From positions 1-64,000 of the forward strand of contig CAXLNC010001105.1 of NCBI GenBank assembly GCA_964187785.1: DNA of 64,000 nucleotides, given 5' to 3'. A program made the translations under genes and the position numbers. This document shows, one piece after another, positions 62,301 through 64,000 of the stretch. The notes beneath the pieces are model-generated. The model was not told the DNA's origin, did not search any database, and worked only from the letters and a program-made list of their open reading frames with translations. Numbering within the stretch: the first letter of the stretch is position 1; each line of letters begins with the position of its first letter. This DNA comes from Amphiscolops sp. MND2022 (lineage: Eukaryota).

Positions 62301-64000
62301 ATTCGGTTGAAGTCCGTTTCTTGTTCCGTTCCCCATTTCCATGGTTCGTTCTTTTTCAGTAATTTTCTCAGTCGATCTGTTCGTTCCGAGAGTTTCGGTA
62401 GGAATTTTTCCATGTATTGTATTGCACCGTGAAATGACTTTAGTTCTTTTGTATTTTCCGGTGCCTTCAATTTTAGTATTGCTTCCACTTTTTCTTCGTT
62501 CGGTTTTATTCCGTTCTCGTTTATTTCGTGTCCGAGCCACTTTGTTTCTTTCATGAAGAATTCGGATTTCTTTTTGCTTGCTCTGTATCCGGTTTTCTCC
62601 AGTTTATCTAGGACATCGAAAAGTTTCTTCTCGTGATCTTGTTTACTCCCCCGTGTTACTACAATTATGTCATCCAACCATGCCGGTGTGCAATATTCAA
62701 GCGTTCGGTCAATTTTCTCTTGGAATATTGTGGGTATATCGGCAAGTCCGTAGAACCGTAGAACCCTTTTTTGAATCTATAGTATCCACTGAAATTCCCT
62801 CCGGTTTTTGCGAACACGCATTGTCGGCTTGTTTCTTCTGACAGTTTCATTTGTCCGTATGCATAATCCAAATCGATCTTCGATAAGAATAGTTGTGTTG
62901 TTCGGTCCCGGGTGATTTCTACCGAAATTTGGTTTAATAGGTCTTCCATATTCGGCATATGTGGTCTCATTTTAATGCAGCTATCGTTAAGTTTCCGAGA
63001 GTCGAGTGCGATTTTTACTGATTTATCGCTTTTTATTGTGATTACTACCGGTGACACGAAACAGTCTTCATCTACATCGTTGATTTTTTCTAGGTGTCCG
63101 GTGCGGATTAGTTTTGTTAATTCTTTTCCGACGTCTTCCTGTAGATGTAGTGGTACCGGTCTTGCCTTTGGTTTGATTGGGTGATGTCCCGGCTTGAGTT
63201 GAATTTTTATTTCGGTATCTTTTATTGTTTCGTTATTTTCAAACAGGTCCCGGAATGTTCCGAATATTCTCTCCTTTTCCGATTGGTTGTTCTCGGCCGA
63301 TTGTATCTTCCCGATTGTGAGTTTGAATTTTCTCATCCAGTCCATACCCAGTAATGGTGTGATGTCTGTTCTCTCGGTTATCAGAATTTCCATCTTTTGT
63401 TTGTTATTCTCGTACTCGATGTTCACTGGGATCTTTCCTCGGAATTTTACTTCATTTTTGTTTACGTCTTGGTATCGGTTTGTTACTTTCTGGATTTCGG
63501 TCAGTTTCATTATTCGTTGGTCCGGTGGCATTATTGATATTGGGGATCCGGTGTCGATTATGAATTCTTTTGTTATTCCGTTGATTTTTACTGTTGCGGT
63601 GTAGTGTTTGTTCGTTTCTTCGATTTTCTTGATTTCTTTTATGTGGTGTATTTCTTCTTCCGACTCGCATGATGATTCGTTCGATTCGTTTGTTTCATCT
63701 TCGGTTACTCTTTTCACTGTTCGGCTGCTGTTGAATTTTTGTCTGCATGCTTTCGCATAGTGTCCTTTCTTTCCGCATTTGTTGCAGTTCACTTCGGTTG
63801 CAGGACATTTGTGCAGTGGTGTCCAGTTTGGAGCATTACAGTATCTGCACGGTCGGTTACCGAAATTCTTGTTCTTCGGTTTCGTACCGTATCTTTCCAT
63901 TCTCTGGATTGGTTCTTCTTTTATTATATGTTTTTCTTTCGTCGATATCAAAGCTTCGGGGATTGTGTTCTTTTCATTTTTCTTTTCATATGTGTTTTGT
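59338..64000 (-). pseudogene. E5 gag-pol polyprotein with three lesions
   Basis: CRYCNAPNW..C..CNKCGKKGHYAKAC, FIIDTGSPI, AWLDDII, TDASKTGLG, LHFGHAG and IQIDF..SDKG..VERAI. Lesions: 8-bp duplication at 62750-62765, +1 in a G7 run (~61250) and a TAG at 60738-60736. Confidence 0.92.

Larger units (their letters stand above)
58968..64000 (-). mobile_element. E5: nearly intact Ty3/gypsy element (5' part outside the window)
   Basis: Long ORFs covering Gag Zn knuckles, protease, RT, RNase H and integrase, then a PPT and a 212-bp LTR. Confidence 0.93.

Noticed and set aside
1-64000. CRISPR arrays, tRNA or rRNA genes, telomeric repeats
   Set aside because: None seen. The motif arrays lack constant-repeat/unique-spacer structure and the sequence is eukaryotic.

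Overview
AT-rich animal genomic DNA. The repeat families resemble those of acoel flatworms such as Symsagittifera or Convolutriloba, but this is recognition only and unverified. Most of the window is nested, mostly decayed Ty3/gypsy LTR retrotransposons. The only recognisable host gene is a spliced profilin on the minus strand (exons 5122-4931 and 4022-3893; last exon not found). I resolve five gypsy elements. E1 (+, ~5150-14220) is 5'-truncated. E2 (-, 18629-34286) is full length, with both LTRs, PBS, PPT and a 5-bp TSD ATAGG. E3 (-, ~15940-40143) is older and interrupted by E2 in its RNase H. E4 (+, 41641-~57190) carries a 2.35-kb tandem duplication. E5 (-, 58968 to beyond the window) is nearly intact. 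There are also two solo LTRs, MITE-like repeats and hairpins. Main result: E1 and E2, two diverged families, carry the same accessory module between pol and the 3' LTR. It consists of an antisense gene with GT-AG introns encoding a BED-type zinc-finger, hAT-transposase-like protein, a divergent spacer, and sense ORFs of unknown function. One intron position appears shared between the families. Second result: E3 and E4 carry an env-like gene with motifs of class III (herpes gB / chuvirus-like) fusion glycoproteins. All translations and alignments were done by eye; no database search was run.
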